In this document: positions 1-9,912 of the stretch, piece by piece
Numbering within the stretch: the stretch's first letter is position 1
How the letters are laid out: the number at the start of each line of letters is the position of its first letter
DNA from: a virus
Lineage: Duplodnaviria; Heunggongvirae; Uroviricota; Caudoviricetes
IMG/VR virus record: IMGVR_UViG_2799113057_000001
Length of the DNA stretch: 44,564 bases
Strand: one strand, 5' to 3'
The notes under the pieces: model-generated
Databases searched by the model: none
The model's input: the letters and a program-made list of their open reading frames with translations, nothing else
Told to the model about the DNA's origin: nothing
Program-made: the position numbers and the translations under genes

Positions 1-411
1 TTAGCTCGCTGTCGCCGTACCGGATTCGACTGCGCCGTTGGCGATCATCTTCGCCACTGCCTCCGCGTCTTCGGAATCTGTTGCCGCTTCGGTGAACGCA
101 TCCCAAGCCTGCTCCATCTCCGGATCCATGGTGTCGGCGAACCGGACGCGCTTGGGGACGATCGTTCCATCGGCGACAGCGGCAGTCACCAGCTCCAGAA
201 GCCCGAATACCTCACGCATCTCTTCTGCGCGGAGTTCGTCATCGGGTTCATCTTCGAGGTCTGGATGCAAGATTCCGCGACTGATACAGGTGCCGATCAC
301 GACTTCGGAGATCTCCTCGGCTGACTCGGATTCAAGCTGTGAAGCTATCTCGTCGAAGAATCCGTCGGGTACCGCTAGCGGCGGCGTCGATTCGATACTG
401 GTCATATGCAA
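1..411 (-). CDS. acidic hypothetical protein
   Basis: 136-aa ORF with coding-like composition, no recognisable motif. Confidence 0.6.
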   Translation of the reverse strand: MHMTSIESTPPLAVPDGFFDEIASQLESESAEEISEVVIGTCISRGILHPDLEDEPDDELRAEEMREVFGLLELVTAAVADGTIVPKRVRFADTMDPEMEQAWDAFTEAATDSEDAEAVAKMIANGAVESGTATAS

Positions 412-578
412 ACTCCCTGGTCTGCGCCCGGTTGCGTGTGCTGTGGTGGCACGCGATGGACGTCTGGAACGACGCTATCGGCGCAATGAGAGTCCGCCAC
501 ATGAGCTGTCGCGACACGCCGACCGCGGCGCACAGCTTCTCGGGGCCGGGATCAGGGAGGCGGTGGCGCGCACCGGAA

Positions 579-2618
579 TCAGTTGCGGCTAATGGTCGCC
601 GTCTGCTGCGTTTTGGCTGCAACCTGCTCGGCAACCGCCCGAACTTCGATCGTCCCGTCTGCTGCCACCGAGGTGTCCACCACCCGGAAGGTTGTCCCGG
701 ATTCGATGACGTCGCCTCCGGCGACTGGCATTCCGTCGGAGGTCAGGTATTTGACGCGCACCCGTCCGGAGCCACCACGCACCGCGCCGTCGGAACGAGC
801 CATGGTGTAGCCCTTGGTGGTGAACGCACCGCCGGTGGGGAATACGTCATTGACGAACTGGGCTTCGCGGCCTCGGTATGACACAGGCACGGGGTGTGCG
901 GCAGTGAGGACCCGCGGGGCGTGGTTGCGCGCTCTCGCGATGTTCCATAGTGCGAAGGCCTGGCCGAGCTTGGCTTCTGCCACCAGCGCATCCGATGAGA
1001 CCAATTCGGGGTTGCGGCCGTATCGCGCAACTTGGTTGGCAGCTGCAACCATTCGCGCGCCCTCGGCACGCACGTCCATATGCTCCGGTGCCAATGCGCG
1101 CCCCGGAGGATCAGCCGGTACGGCCGTGGCGGCGCTCCAATCGACGGCCGCCAGTGACGCACGGGCGGCCGGGTAGTCAGCTTGCAGGGTGTTGGAGGGG
1201 TGCCGCACCTGGAAGCCGGCCCGGGCCGCGGACTCACGGTCCTCAGACGAAACGGGCCCGGCATAGCGCTTGAGTTTGGCTTCGGGTGCGCGGGTTGCAC
1301 GAAGTGCATCGGGTAACGCATCTACGAACTGTTTACGGGCCTGGCGTGCGAACCGCAGATTGCGGGCGACGTCGAAGCCCTCGATGCGGGAAGTCTGGGC
1401 CAACTCGTCTGCACCGTGGCGAGAGCTGTGTGGGCGGGAGGCGAGCCGTTGAGCTGTGTGCGCCCGTGCCTTTCCGGCGAGCAGGTGCGCTTGACCGTCG
1501 GCCCCCATGGCATATCCCATGGGGGTGTCTCCGAAGAAGGTGCGTTCGATGACGCGGCGTTTGGCCGCCAGTCGCATCGACAGCGCCCGGGGGCTCTTGC
1601 CGACCATCATCGATTGCACCACCGTGTTCATCCCGGAGGAGTTGCCGCCGGCGGGAACGCTGGTGAATTGATCGAAGTCGACGTCCGGGATACGTGCGAT
1701 CAACTCGTTTACCCGCGTGTCGCTGTCGACCGGTAGCCGCAGTCCATCGACTGCGACACTGAGGTTTCCGTTCTCACCGTGGGCCAGGACCACACCATCA
1801 GCGATCTGCACTGCGTTCTCGCCGCTGTCAGCTCGGGCCATCAGCGCACCAACGGTGAGTACATGAGCCTGATCTCCACCGATCTGTTCGATGATCGGAT
1901 CGGGGCGGCGGGGAGCGGCGGCCACCTGCGCCTGCTCCGTCACGTCGTCAAACAGTTTGTCCGACATGCGTTGGGACACAGCCGTCAGCGACGCCACCTC
2001 GTCGAGCGTGTGGCGGCGGTAGAAGTTCTGCACCCGTGCCGGCAGGTCCTCGAACTTGGTGCCCGGAGCAGGCGGCACGATCGCTCCACAGGCGATGGCG
2101 TCGATGCGTGTATCGATGCGATCGAGTTCCGCGGAGGCCTCCAAGGGGTCAGCGTTGGCGGATAGCGGGTATTTGTTCACCACGCCATTGACGATCAGAC
2201 CGCGCTCGCACAACGCCGAGGCAAGTTGCACTTTGGAGACGGCCATCGGATCGGATTTGCCGCGGTTGATTTTCTCGGACGCGTCTCCGGTGCGCTCCCG
2301 TACCTCGGTGAAAACGTTGTTGTGCATGCCGGGAACGCGGCGCAGCGCCCCCGACGGGGAACGCAGAAGTTCAGCGGCAATGCCTGGAGAGACAGCCTCA
2401 AGGCTGACCATCAGATTGCTCAGCATCGACGGTGGCAGCGCCGCTACGGCAGTCGCTCCTGCAGGTCCGAGCACGTCGCGCACGTTCGAGCTCACGCAGC
2501 GCATCGTGGTTCGATTTTCTTGTCGAGAGGCGGTCGCGGCTGCACGTTTGTGCTCAGTCATCTTGCATCGGCGATGGTCGCGAATGTTCGGGTCGAAGTC
2601 GGCATAGGAGCGGCACAT
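579..2618 (-). CDS. large hypothetical protein with C-terminal degenerate ADP-ribosyltransferase (VIP2-like) fold
   Basis: 679-aa ORF; C-terminus SYRG...FPTGGAFTTKGYTMA...GTTFRV follows the VIP2 YRG/STS/ExE layout but STS and ExE are absent. Confidence 0.6.
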   Translation of the reverse strand: MCRSYADFDPNIRDHRRCKMTEHKRAAATASRQENRTTMRCVSSNVRDVLGPAGATAVAALPPSMLSNLMVSLEAVSPGIAAELLRSPSGALRRVPGMHNNVFTEVRERTGDASEKINRGKSDPMAVSKVQLASALCERGLIVNGVVNKYPLSANADPLEASAELDRIDTRIDAIACGAIVPPAPGTKFEDLPARVQNFYRRHTLDEVASLTAVSQRMSDKLFDDVTEQAQVAAAPRRPDPIIEQIGGDQAHVLTVGALMARADSGENAVQIADGVVLAHGENGNLSVAVDGLRLPVDSDTRVNELIARIPDVDFDQFTSVPAGGNSSGMNTVVQSMMVGKSPRALSMRLAAKRRVIERTFFGDTPMGYAMGADGQAHLLAGKARAHTAQRLASRPHSSRHGADELAQTSRIEGFDVARNLRFARQARKQFVDALPDALRATRAPEAKLKRYAGPVSSEDRESAARAGFQVRHPSNTLQADYPAARASLAAVDWSAATAVPADPPGRALAPEHMDVRAEGARMVAAANQVARYGRNPELVSSDALVAEAKLGQAFALWNIARARNHAPRVLTAAHPVPVSYRGREAQFVNDVFPTGGAFTTKGYTMARSDGAVRGGSGRVRVKYLTSDGMPVAGGDVIESGTTFRVVDTSVAADGTIEVRAVAEQVAAKTQQTATISRN

Positions 2619-2753
2619 GGGCGCGTAGACCTCTCTAGCGGGGCGTCACGTCCCTTGCATTGTGTCATGCGTGTTTGAAATGCGCGGCATCGAAATAGGC
2701 AAAATGGACGGCAACTCGCGAGGAGGGCGGGCTTGATTGGAGTTGTCGCCGAA

Positions 2754-3809
2754 TCAGGCTGCTAGCGATAGCCGTGATCCGAGCAGGTTCAGTGACCGCA
2801 TCTGGTTGGCTTGTTCGGTCGTCAGCCGGCCGATACGGTGCTGCCGCCGCTGGGCAATCACCCAGGTGTAGTCGGGGTGCCCAGGGCCGAAGCGACCCCG
2901 GCGCACATCGCGCGCCAGTCGGCGGAATCGGGCGTCCCAAGCTTGCTCGCGGGCACCCCAGCGCCAAAACGGGAGAGCGGAGAGCATTTTGATCCGGTAC
3001 GCGCTCAGTCCGTCCCGGCGGTATTGCTCGCGTTGGGTGAGGACCCATCGCCCCAATGCAGCTTCTGCGGCATCTGCGGAGTCGAGCAACGGATAGCGCC
3101 TGTAGGTTTGAATGAACACCCTCAGCTGCTCGCAGCGGCGCTCCCACGGGCTGCGCGAGCGGGTTTGCGCCAGCGCCTGGGCCCAGCCTGGGAGGGCGGC
3201 CAGCGCCTTGGCGCGGTCGTAGCGCAGGCGATCAGACCGCAGCATGAACCGTTGAACAGCAACCCAGTTGGCCAGTTGTTCGTTGTCGCGGCGAGTGGGG
3301 ATGCGTCCGTGCTGCGCCGTGAATCGCGAGACTTCCTCGAATGTGCTCCACCATTGGTGGTCTCCGGGCTTCCAGTGGAACGAGTCCAGGCGCTCGAGGA
3401 GGGCCGCGCGGCTGGCCGGAAGTATTCGGCTCGTTTGCAAGCGGCGCTGATAGGTCAGCCATGGAGTGCGGCGGCCTCCGGCTATCGGCAGGCCTGCATG
3501 TTCGCGTGCGGCCAGCTCAAGGAATCTGCGTACCCACGGGTCGTGACGCAGCTTGCGTACGGATTCAGGAAGCTCGTCGAGGACTGTGCGCTGGTCTGGC
3601 GTCAGCAACCCGCGTTCGTAGCGACACCACTGCCACACCAGCCAGGTGTGCATCTCGGTGTCTGGGCCAGGCGCGCGGTCCGCCCGCATCAGCGCGTCGA
3701 TGTGCCGGGCCCACGCATGATCTGCAAGGCTGCTGGCGCCCTCGGTGGCGCTGTTTGGCGGGTTGCCGAAATTCACTGGTCCTCTTTCGTTTCGAGTTAT
3801 TCCATCCAA
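2754..3809 (-). CDS. helicase-associated (HA) repeat protein
   Basis: Repeats such as WWSTFEEVSRFTAQHGRIP...LANWVAVQR and WERRCEQLRVFIQTYRRYP...LGRWVLTQR; no helicase motifs. Confidence 0.8.
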   Translation of the reverse strand: MDGITRNERGPVNFGNPPNSATEGASSLADHAWARHIDALMRADRAPGPDTEMHTWLVWQWCRYERGLLTPDQRTVLDELPESVRKLRHDPWVRRFLELAAREHAGLPIAGGRRTPWLTYQRRLQTSRILPASRAALLERLDSFHWKPGDHQWWSTFEEVSRFTAQHGRIPTRRDNEQLANWVAVQRFMLRSDRLRYDRAKALAALPGWAQALAQTRSRSPWERRCEQLRVFIQTYRRYPLLDSADAAEAALGRWVLTQREQYRRDGLSAYRIKMLSALPFWRWGAREQAWDARFRRLARDVRRGRFGPGHPDYTWVIAQRRQHRIGRLTTEQANQMRSLNLLGSRLSLAA

Positions 3810-3954
3810 CGTTGTTGCATCGGTAGGTGAGCCGCTGCGAGCACACGGTGGCTGCCGAGGACGATTATCGGTGCCTGCGGCGCGAATAGGAGCGGTAGCG
3901 GGGGTGGTCAGTTATACCTCATACCCAACGGGATCAGACTCAAAGACGGCGCTC

Positions 3955-5181
3955 TCAGGCAATCGCGCGAGTGGAGGGGAGCGACACCGGATCACCAGCT
4001 GCCCAGGCGATCAACTCGTCGCCGTCCTGCAGAAGAGCGGTGTTGCTTGTCGCCCGAAGAGCCGCCTCATGGATGTTGCGGACGCGCGTGGCGGTATCCA
4101 TCATCTCGGTACCCAGCACCATATCGACGACATAGATTCGACACATCGGCGACGGTTCATCCTTGGGCACGGAGGCCACTACCGCGTAGACCTTGGACAC
4201 TGGAGGCATCGCCTCCCAATGAGATCCGTTCCAGGACAGCATCAGTTGAGCGTTCGCATACTGCGCCAGCTGGATTGCGATTGACAGCCAGGAGAAGTCG
4301 ATCGATGAACTGGTCTTCAAATCTCCGATGAGCAGTTCACCGTTGGCGCCCTGGACCAAGAAGTCGAACGTGCCCACCAGGCCCGTGGAGGGGATGAACA
4401 CGGTGCGTTCGACCATGCCTTGCACGAAGCTCAAACCGTGGTGGCGCATCGCGGCGAACAGCACAGCCAGATAGGGCTGGATTTCCTTGGGCACCTGCTC
4501 GAATGTGATGACACCTTCCAGTACGACTTGGAGATACCCGTGCACCTTGTCGCCGAAATCGCTGCCGTCATCGCCACCGACACGACGCATCGCCTTGTTG
4601 GCTATCCCGCTCAGGGCCAGCTTGTTTCCAAAGTTGAGTTCGCTGATGTGTTCAGCGCCGTCAACATCCAGGCTGTCGAGCAATTCGGGGTTACGCGCCA
4701 GTCCCAGCACAGTGCCCCGCAGGCGCCAATCGGTCAGCGAGGTAGTGTCGTCGAGGGTCTTGGCGTGACTAGTCGCGCGGATGAAAGTGGCAGTCTGGCG
4801 CATATCTTCAAGACCTGGCACCACGTACTTCTTCTTGTCGCGGGTGTACTGCGGTACCCACTTTCCGGGAATAGCGGGAGGGTTTGGGATGGATGCGGTT
4901 GGTGGCTCATACGGTGGGCGCACGGGGGAGAGATCTTCCACGGGTGCGATGCGCTGCGAGATGCTCGGAGCGACAGAACCGATGAGCGGTGCCGACGGTG
5001 GCGCTATTTCAGCTGGCGCCAGGGCAACTGAGCCAATGTTGGGTGCCGCCGAGATCGCCGGTGTTGTCGGATGATTTGAAACCGGGCCGAACTGGGGGAC
5101 GCCGACAGGAGCGGTCAAGGCGCCGGAAGACGCAACGACTCCTATGGCTGGGGCAGGCCGCAGTGCGGCGGGTGCAGACAT
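3955..5181 (-). CDS. PD-(D/E)XK phage-type exonuclease with Pro-rich N-terminus
   Basis: GLVGTFDFL...IGDLKTS...IAIQLAQYA motif; start taken at ATG 5181 (track ORF extends to 5205). Confidence 0.8.
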   Translation of the reverse strand: MSAPAALRPAPAIGVVASSGALTAPVGVPQFGPVSNHPTTPAISAAPNIGSVALAPAEIAPPSAPLIGSVAPSISQRIAPVEDLSPVRPPYEPPTASIPNPPAIPGKWVPQYTRDKKKYVVPGLEDMRQTATFIRATSHAKTLDDTTSLTDWRLRGTVLGLARNPELLDSLDVDGAEHISELNFGNKLALSGIANKAMRRVGGDDGSDFGDKVHGYLQVVLEGVITFEQVPKEIQPYLAVLFAAMRHHGLSFVQGMVERTVFIPSTGLVGTFDFLVQGANGELLIGDLKTSSSIDFSWLSIAIQLAQYANAQLMLSWNGSHWEAMPPVSKVYAVVASVPKDEPSPMCRIYVVDMVLGTEMMDTATRVRNIHEAALRATSNTALLQDGDELIAWAAGDPVSLPSTRAIA

Positions 5182-5241
5182 GGCCTTGACGGTAGCGACC
5201 TGCACCGACGAATCGCGGGGAGCGTTGGCAACACGCCGGGT

Positions 5242-5844
5242 TTAGGCCGCGGTGTCGCTGGCATCGGAGATACGAAGTTGCCGCGGGGGCGATGACGGCC
5301 TCGATAGGCCTTTGAGTACCTGTCGACGCGCTGCTGTGTTGCGGAGGGGTAGACCCGTCACCCCCAACCATGCCGCACCCAGCGCCGCTGCGAATGAGGC
5401 ATCCGCGCGATCTTCGACACCCCGCGTATGCGCGGCATTCGGCCACGCGACCGCGTAGGCCGCCACGACCTCAGCCTTGCTGGCATTGCCCTTTCCGGTT
5501 GCGAACTTCTTGATCTGCGAAGGAGATACCTCCAGGACCGGAACCTCGGCATCGCAGAGTGCTTCGATGACAGCCCACCAAAGGAATCCGCGCCGGGTAA
5601 GTGAGCTGTCTTTTGCCTTTACCGAAAACTGCAGCCCTTCAACGACTACCAGCACGGGATCACATGCGAGGACCTGCCTGACAATGCCGTCGACAAGGGT
5701 GCGGTGGCGCCTGGTGTGGCCGGTGAGATTGTCGTCGGCAGGTGGGGCAGAGGAGTGCACCGCGGTGGCAAGCTCGCGCGTGTGCACGTCGATGGCCGCG
5801 ATTCCAGATCCGGTCAGCGATAGATCGAGCCCGACAACATTCAT
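5242..5844 (-). CDS. phage-type RuvC-like Holliday junction resolvase
   Basis: N-terminal VVGLDLSLTGSG, VVVEGL, IKKFATGKGNASKAEV, EDRADA motifs. Confidence 0.85.
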   Translation of the reverse strand: MNVVGLDLSLTGSGIAAIDVHTRELATAVHSSAPPADDNLTGHTRRHRTLVDGIVRQVLACDPVLVVVEGLQFSVKAKDSSLTRRGFLWWAVIEALCDAEVPVLEVSPSQIKKFATGKGNASKAEVVAAYAVAWPNAAHTRGVEDRADASFAAALGAAWLGVTGLPLRNTAARRQVLKGLSRPSSPPRQLRISDASDTAA

Positions 5845-6047
5845 GCCGTGGAGTGTGGACCCCTTGGGCGATTGAGGCCCTTTAAGACGCGCGCCACGCC
5901 GATCCGTGCGGGCCGCACAGCTCTCCAGCAGTCAATCACCGAGTGATCCGCGCCTTTCCCGCTCATCACTGCTGCACATTTCCGCCGCTGCGATGTGCAC
6001 ACCTTTTCGTGGTGCGAATCGTTCCGGTGTGCACGGTTTCTCGCCGC

Positions 6048-6380
6048 GTTGACCTGCGTAAATGGTCAACAAGGCGTGCACTTCTCGGCCTACCAGCAGT
6101 TTTACGGAGATGCCTTGTAGATGGGGGGTGCCTCGGCACGGCTCTGGCTTCATAAAATTGCCCACACGGTAGGCCTATAAAGAAACCCCAGGTAGATATA
6201 TGTAATTAGTTTAGCTAATTATTTGTTTTACCCGTTACGTGAGGCAAAGCCGGCCACAACGCGTGTGTACATCTGCACGCCGAGAGGGTCTCCGAGGCAC
6301 CCCCCACTTACAAGGCATCAACGCAAACACCCAGGTAGGCCGACAAGTGCACGCCCTGTTGACAGAAACCGCAGGTCAAC
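6048..6380. repeat. 89-bp imperfect inverted repeat (6048-6136 / 6292-6380) around an AT-rich core
   Basis: Manual alignment 71/89 identical; core contains TAATTAG-N5-CTAATTA at 6203-6221. Confidence 0.9.
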
Positions 6381-6496
6381 AGGGAAAGTTACACACCACG
6401 ACGAACAGATTCACGCCAGTCGCCGAAAAGGTGCCTATCGGCGTGCCGTGCGTTTCAATCAGGCATCGTTGGAGGCATCGGTTAATCTCTTCGACC

Positions 6497-8623
6497 ATGG
6501 CCCTTGATCTGGAAGGCGTGCCACCTCAGTGGCGGGAGCGCATCGCCTCCTTGCCCGTTGAGCAGCAGGAGATCATGCTGCGAGGGATGGCTGCCGTGTT
6601 CAAAGCGCCGGCAGAGCCGAAGCTTCCTGAGCCTCCGAGCGTTGATGACGGCGATCTTGTCCGGCAGGCCCTGTATCCGCGCCGCGATCTGGCAGATGAA
6701 CCCCTCAGCGCGCGTGAGCAAGCCGAGTTCGATGCGCTGGTTGCGACACCGGGTGGCGAGTCCACCGCGGCGCCAGGTGTTTACAACCAGCCAGTCAAAA
6801 TGCTGACGGTGGGCGAGGTGGCGCAAGCGCTGGACATAAGCTCCACCGGCGTTCGCAGGCTGATCAAGTCTCGACGACTGCCCGCGTTCACAATGTTCAA
6901 GACGGTGCGCGTACGTTCCGATCTCGTCTGGGCACTGCGGAACCGGCCGGATCTAACCCCCGGACTGATAGGTGACGGTCCAGCGTACCGGCCCAATCAC
7001 TGCGCGATGGACCCCTTCAAAGGGGTGCCCGTTGAACAAGTCGCGGCTCAACTACGTGTTCATCCGCAGACACTGCGTCGTTGGGATCGCCACTACCGCA
7101 ATAACGAGATCAAAATGTGGTCACATGCCGGACGCGGTGAAGAAGCGGCTGTGATGTCAAAAACGCTTTCGTTGCACCATATTCCGTTTGAGAAGTCGCA
7201 GCTGAGGTTCGTCTCCCGCCTGGATATGCACGGTGCATCTCCTGAAGTGAAGCGCACCATCGCAGATGCCCTGCGGAGGATCGATCGCGCGCCCGTGCGC
7301 CCGGATCAGGTGCGGCGCAATCAGCGTCTGTCCGACGCGGCTACAGGTCAGCGTCTGTTCACATACCCCGAAGTCGCGGCCTTCTTGCATCTCACCCCGT
7401 CGGGTGCCCGCAAAGCGATCATGAGTGCCGGCATTCCTGTGCAGATCCTCGGGGGAGTGGCACGGGTGCGTTATGACGACATGGTCCACCTGATGCTCAC
7501 GCGCCACAACAAAGCGCTGCGCAAGAACCAGCCGCGGATGCCAGCGGTCAAACCCGACATCCCGCAACTGATCCCAATCGCGGAGGCGGCGAATCGGATG
7601 GGGGTAACCGTACGCACCGTGCGACGCTGGATCGCGGCCAAGAAGATCGTCGGGGTGATTCGCGATGAGGCCCTGTGGATCCGTGTCGCCGACCTCCAGA
7701 CTCATGGTGAACGTGACGAGCTATCGACAAGGCGCGATCGCCGGCGAGCCCAGGCAGCTGAGACCGTGGCCCGTGGCGCCACACTTACTGGTGGACACAT
7801 CGCCTCGTTCCTGCACTGGTTGCGATACACCTCTCCGGAGGTCGATCTGCACGACGCCCTGCACACCAGGAGCAGCGCAGCGGAGCTGGGAGGCTGCAGA
7901 CCCGTCGTAATCGAGAACCTGGTGCGCGAAGGGCTTATCCCAGCGCAGCGTTACGGACGCGAGCTGCGTATCCGGACCATGGACCTGTATGCCGCCGCAG
8001 TGTTCTCAGCGAAAGTCGCTCGAATGTGTCCCAAGCTCAAACCGAAGGACGTCCGGGAGCGGCATAGCGTGGTAGGCGAATACCTGAGTTTCGAGCAAGC
8101 CGCGGCGCGCCTGAAGCGACCGGTTTCGGAGGTCCGCCGGCTGGTGGCCGACAAGGTGTTGTTGACGGTGCGGTTCGGGCAAGTTCATCGCCTGCACGTG
8201 AGTGAGATTGAAGGCCCTGGACTGGTGCGCTTCAAGAAGATCGCCGAGCCGTACCCGCCGTTGAAGTACCATCGCTCGTTCAGCCAGATGACCGTCAACG
8301 AAGCCGCCGATGAACTGGGCCTGAGCGAACGTACAGTGCTGCGCTGGGTGCGTTCCGGCGCGCTGCTGGGTGCGTACGCCTCGCGAAAGAAGTGGCGGTG
8401 GAACTCCTATGGTGTCCCGGTCAAGGTCGATGTCCCGACCAACCGTGGCGGCGCCTTGCTGTCCGCGCGCACGGTCATCGCGGCCCGCCGTTTGCGTCAG
8501 GTGCGTGGCTTGCAGCCGCGCGATCTGATCGAGGTGACCAGAGGTCAGCTGTCAGCTGGGAATTATCCGGAGCTCAAGCCGTGGCAGGAGTTCATGTTGG
8601 TGGACGATTTGAGCGTTGCATAG
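6497..8623 (+). CDS. multi-domain HTH_17 (Xis/MerR-like) DNA-binding protein, about 7 HTH units
   Basis: Units such as MLTVGEVAQALDIS, LIPIAEAANRMGVTVRTVRRWI, MTVNEAADELGLSERTVLRWVRSG; start set at ATG 6497 because the upstream in-frame extension lies in the inverted repeat. Confidence 0.85.
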   Translation: MALDLEGVPPQWRERIASLPVEQQEIMLRGMAAVFKAPAEPKLPEPPSVDDGDLVRQALYPRRDLADEPLSAREQAEFDALVATPGGESTAAPGVYNQPVKMLTVGEVAQALDISSTGVRRLIKSRRLPAFTMFKTVRVRSDLVWALRNRPDLTPGLIGDGPAYRPNHCAMDPFKGVPVEQVAAQLRVHPQTLRRWDRHYRNNEIKMWSHAGRGEEAAVMSKTLSLHHIPFEKSQLRFVSRLDMHGASPEVKRTIADALRRIDRAPVRPDQVRRNQRLSDAATGQRLFTYPEVAAFLHLTPSGARKAIMSAGIPVQILGGVARVRYDDMVHLMLTRHNKALRKNQPRMPAVKPDIPQLIPIAEAANRMGVTVRTVRRWIAAKKIVGVIRDEALWIRVADLQTHGERDELSTRRDRRRAQAAETVARGATLTGGHIASFLHWLRYTSPEVDLHDALHTRSSAAELGGCRPVVIENLVREGLIPAQRYGRELRIRTMDLYAAAVFSAKVARMCPKLKPKDVRERHSVVGEYLSFEQAAARLKRPVSEVRRLVADKVLLTVRFGQVHRLHVSEIEGPGLVRFKKIAEPYPPLKYHRSFSQMTVNEAADELGLSERTVLRWVRSGALLGAYASRKKWRWNSYGVPVKVDVPTNRGGALLSARTVIAARRLRQVRGLQPRDLIEVTRGQLSAGNYPELKPWQEFMLVDDLSVA

Positions 8624-8677
8624 GTTAGGCGTCATAGATCGGCGTGTCGCCTGCGTTCCCTTCCTCGACTGCGCTGG

Positions 8678-9193
8678 ATGCTTGAGACTGCGGGCATGCT
8701 CACTGCCCTGTTTGGCTTCTGCGTCGGCTTCCCTGCAGGCGTGCTGACACTGCTGGCCTTTCACCGATTGCGCCTCCGTGCGAGCAAAGCGGTGCCTCCT
8801 TCCGCCGTGCTTGAAGACACCTACGGCCACCCGTTACCACCCGTTTCGACTCTGCGTGGGGCGCTCCCGGACCCGCCCAACGGCCACGCGTGGGAGATCT
8901 CTGTGCAGCATGACGGCGGCGGAACACCTTTTCTCCACGTTGGCATCGTCAAGTTGAACACCGGAGACTCAGCGGGAGGCACCAAGAAAGACCTAATGAA
9001 CGACCGGTACTCGACATGGGCAAGCAAGTATCGGCTATTCACGGGAGACGATGAGTACCTGTGTGAAATATTCCGGAGGGATTTCATTCGCCCGTTGACG
9101 GATTGGGCGACAGCTCAGGTCAATCGGCTGGATCATGCGAATGATATCGGTGTGTACACCATCAGTGGCGATCGAAAAGGCATACCCGGATGA
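8678..9193 (+). CDS. membrane-anchored hypothetical protein
   Basis: N-terminal hydrophobic segment; 171 aa. Confidence 0.65.
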   Translation: MLETAGMLTALFGFCVGFPAGVLTLLAFHRLRLRASKAVPPSAVLEDTYGHPLPPVSTLRGALPDPPNGHAWEISVQHDGGGTPFLHVGIVKLNTGDSAGGTKKDLMNDRYSTWASKYRLFTGDDEYLCEIFRRDFIRPLTDWATAQVNRLDHANDIGVYTISGDRKGIPG

Positions 9194-9194
9194 G

Positions 9195-9416
9195 CTACCA
9201 GCGAACCTCTGCGTCTGCCAGCTCGCGGTCTGCGGCCGCTTGCAGCTCATCTTTCGAGTAGGGCCCGTCGCCTGCGTGAACCGTGACGCGGTATACCTGA
9301 GCGGCGTAGGACACAACGGTCTGCCAGTGCCCGAGATAGTCGACCGGATCCCCGGTGCTGGAGTACACCGTGGCCACCGGAAAGTCCGGGTGAACATCGT
9401 TGGGGTACAGGCTCAT
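9195..9416 (-). CDS. small hypothetical protein
   Basis: 73-aa ORF tightly packed with neighbours. Confidence 0.55.
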   Translation of the reverse strand: MSLYPNDVHPDFPVATVYSSTGDPVDYLGHWQTVVSYAAQVYRVTVHAGDGPYSKDELQAAADRELADAEVRW

Positions 9417-9535
9417 TGCTCAGCCGTTCTCGTTCGCCGGACGCTCGGCCCGATCCGCAGCAGCGTGAAGTTGTTCAGCCTCAGCCGGATAGCAGTCGAG
9501 GATAAGGATCGAACCAGCGGTGACTTCTGTCCGCA

Positions 9536-9766
9536 TCAGACGCCCCACGAAAACTGGCGCTTTTCGAGTTCGGGGCGCTCGGCACACGCGATGATCTCGG
9601 CGAAGTACCCTGCCTCGCCGTGTCCGCGCCCGTCCCCGGATCTCGAGTAGAGGTGGTCGTAGGCCCAGTCCTCGATATCTCCAACTGGGGCAGGGACATC
9701 GAAAGTTTCGGTTCGCGGATACTCTGCGCCGTCGTAGACGTCGGTGTACTTCACTGTCAGCTGCAT
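9536..9766 (-). CDS. small acidic hypothetical protein
   Basis: MQLTVKYTDVYDG... 76 aa from ATG 9766. Confidence 0.6.
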   Translation of the reverse strand: MQLTVKYTDVYDGAEYPRTETFDVPAPVGDIEDWAYDHLYSRSGDGRGHGEAGYFAEIIACAERPELEKRQFSWGV

Positions 9767-9912
9767 GGCCGCACAGTGGCAGCTGCAGTTCAGATGACAG
9801 CGCTGCGGCGCGACGCTGTCGGTTCGCGCCACCTTCGTTTCTTCGTGGCGCTCGCTCGTACGGTCCGGTGACCGGCGCCCGCCGCTGAACCGCATCTCGA
9901 AGGAACCTGCAG

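Noticed and set aside
6239-6496. N-terminal extension of the 794-aa ORF and the similar ORF 5932-6165
   Set aside because: The shared peptide simply reflects the inverted-repeat arms; no evidence of coding
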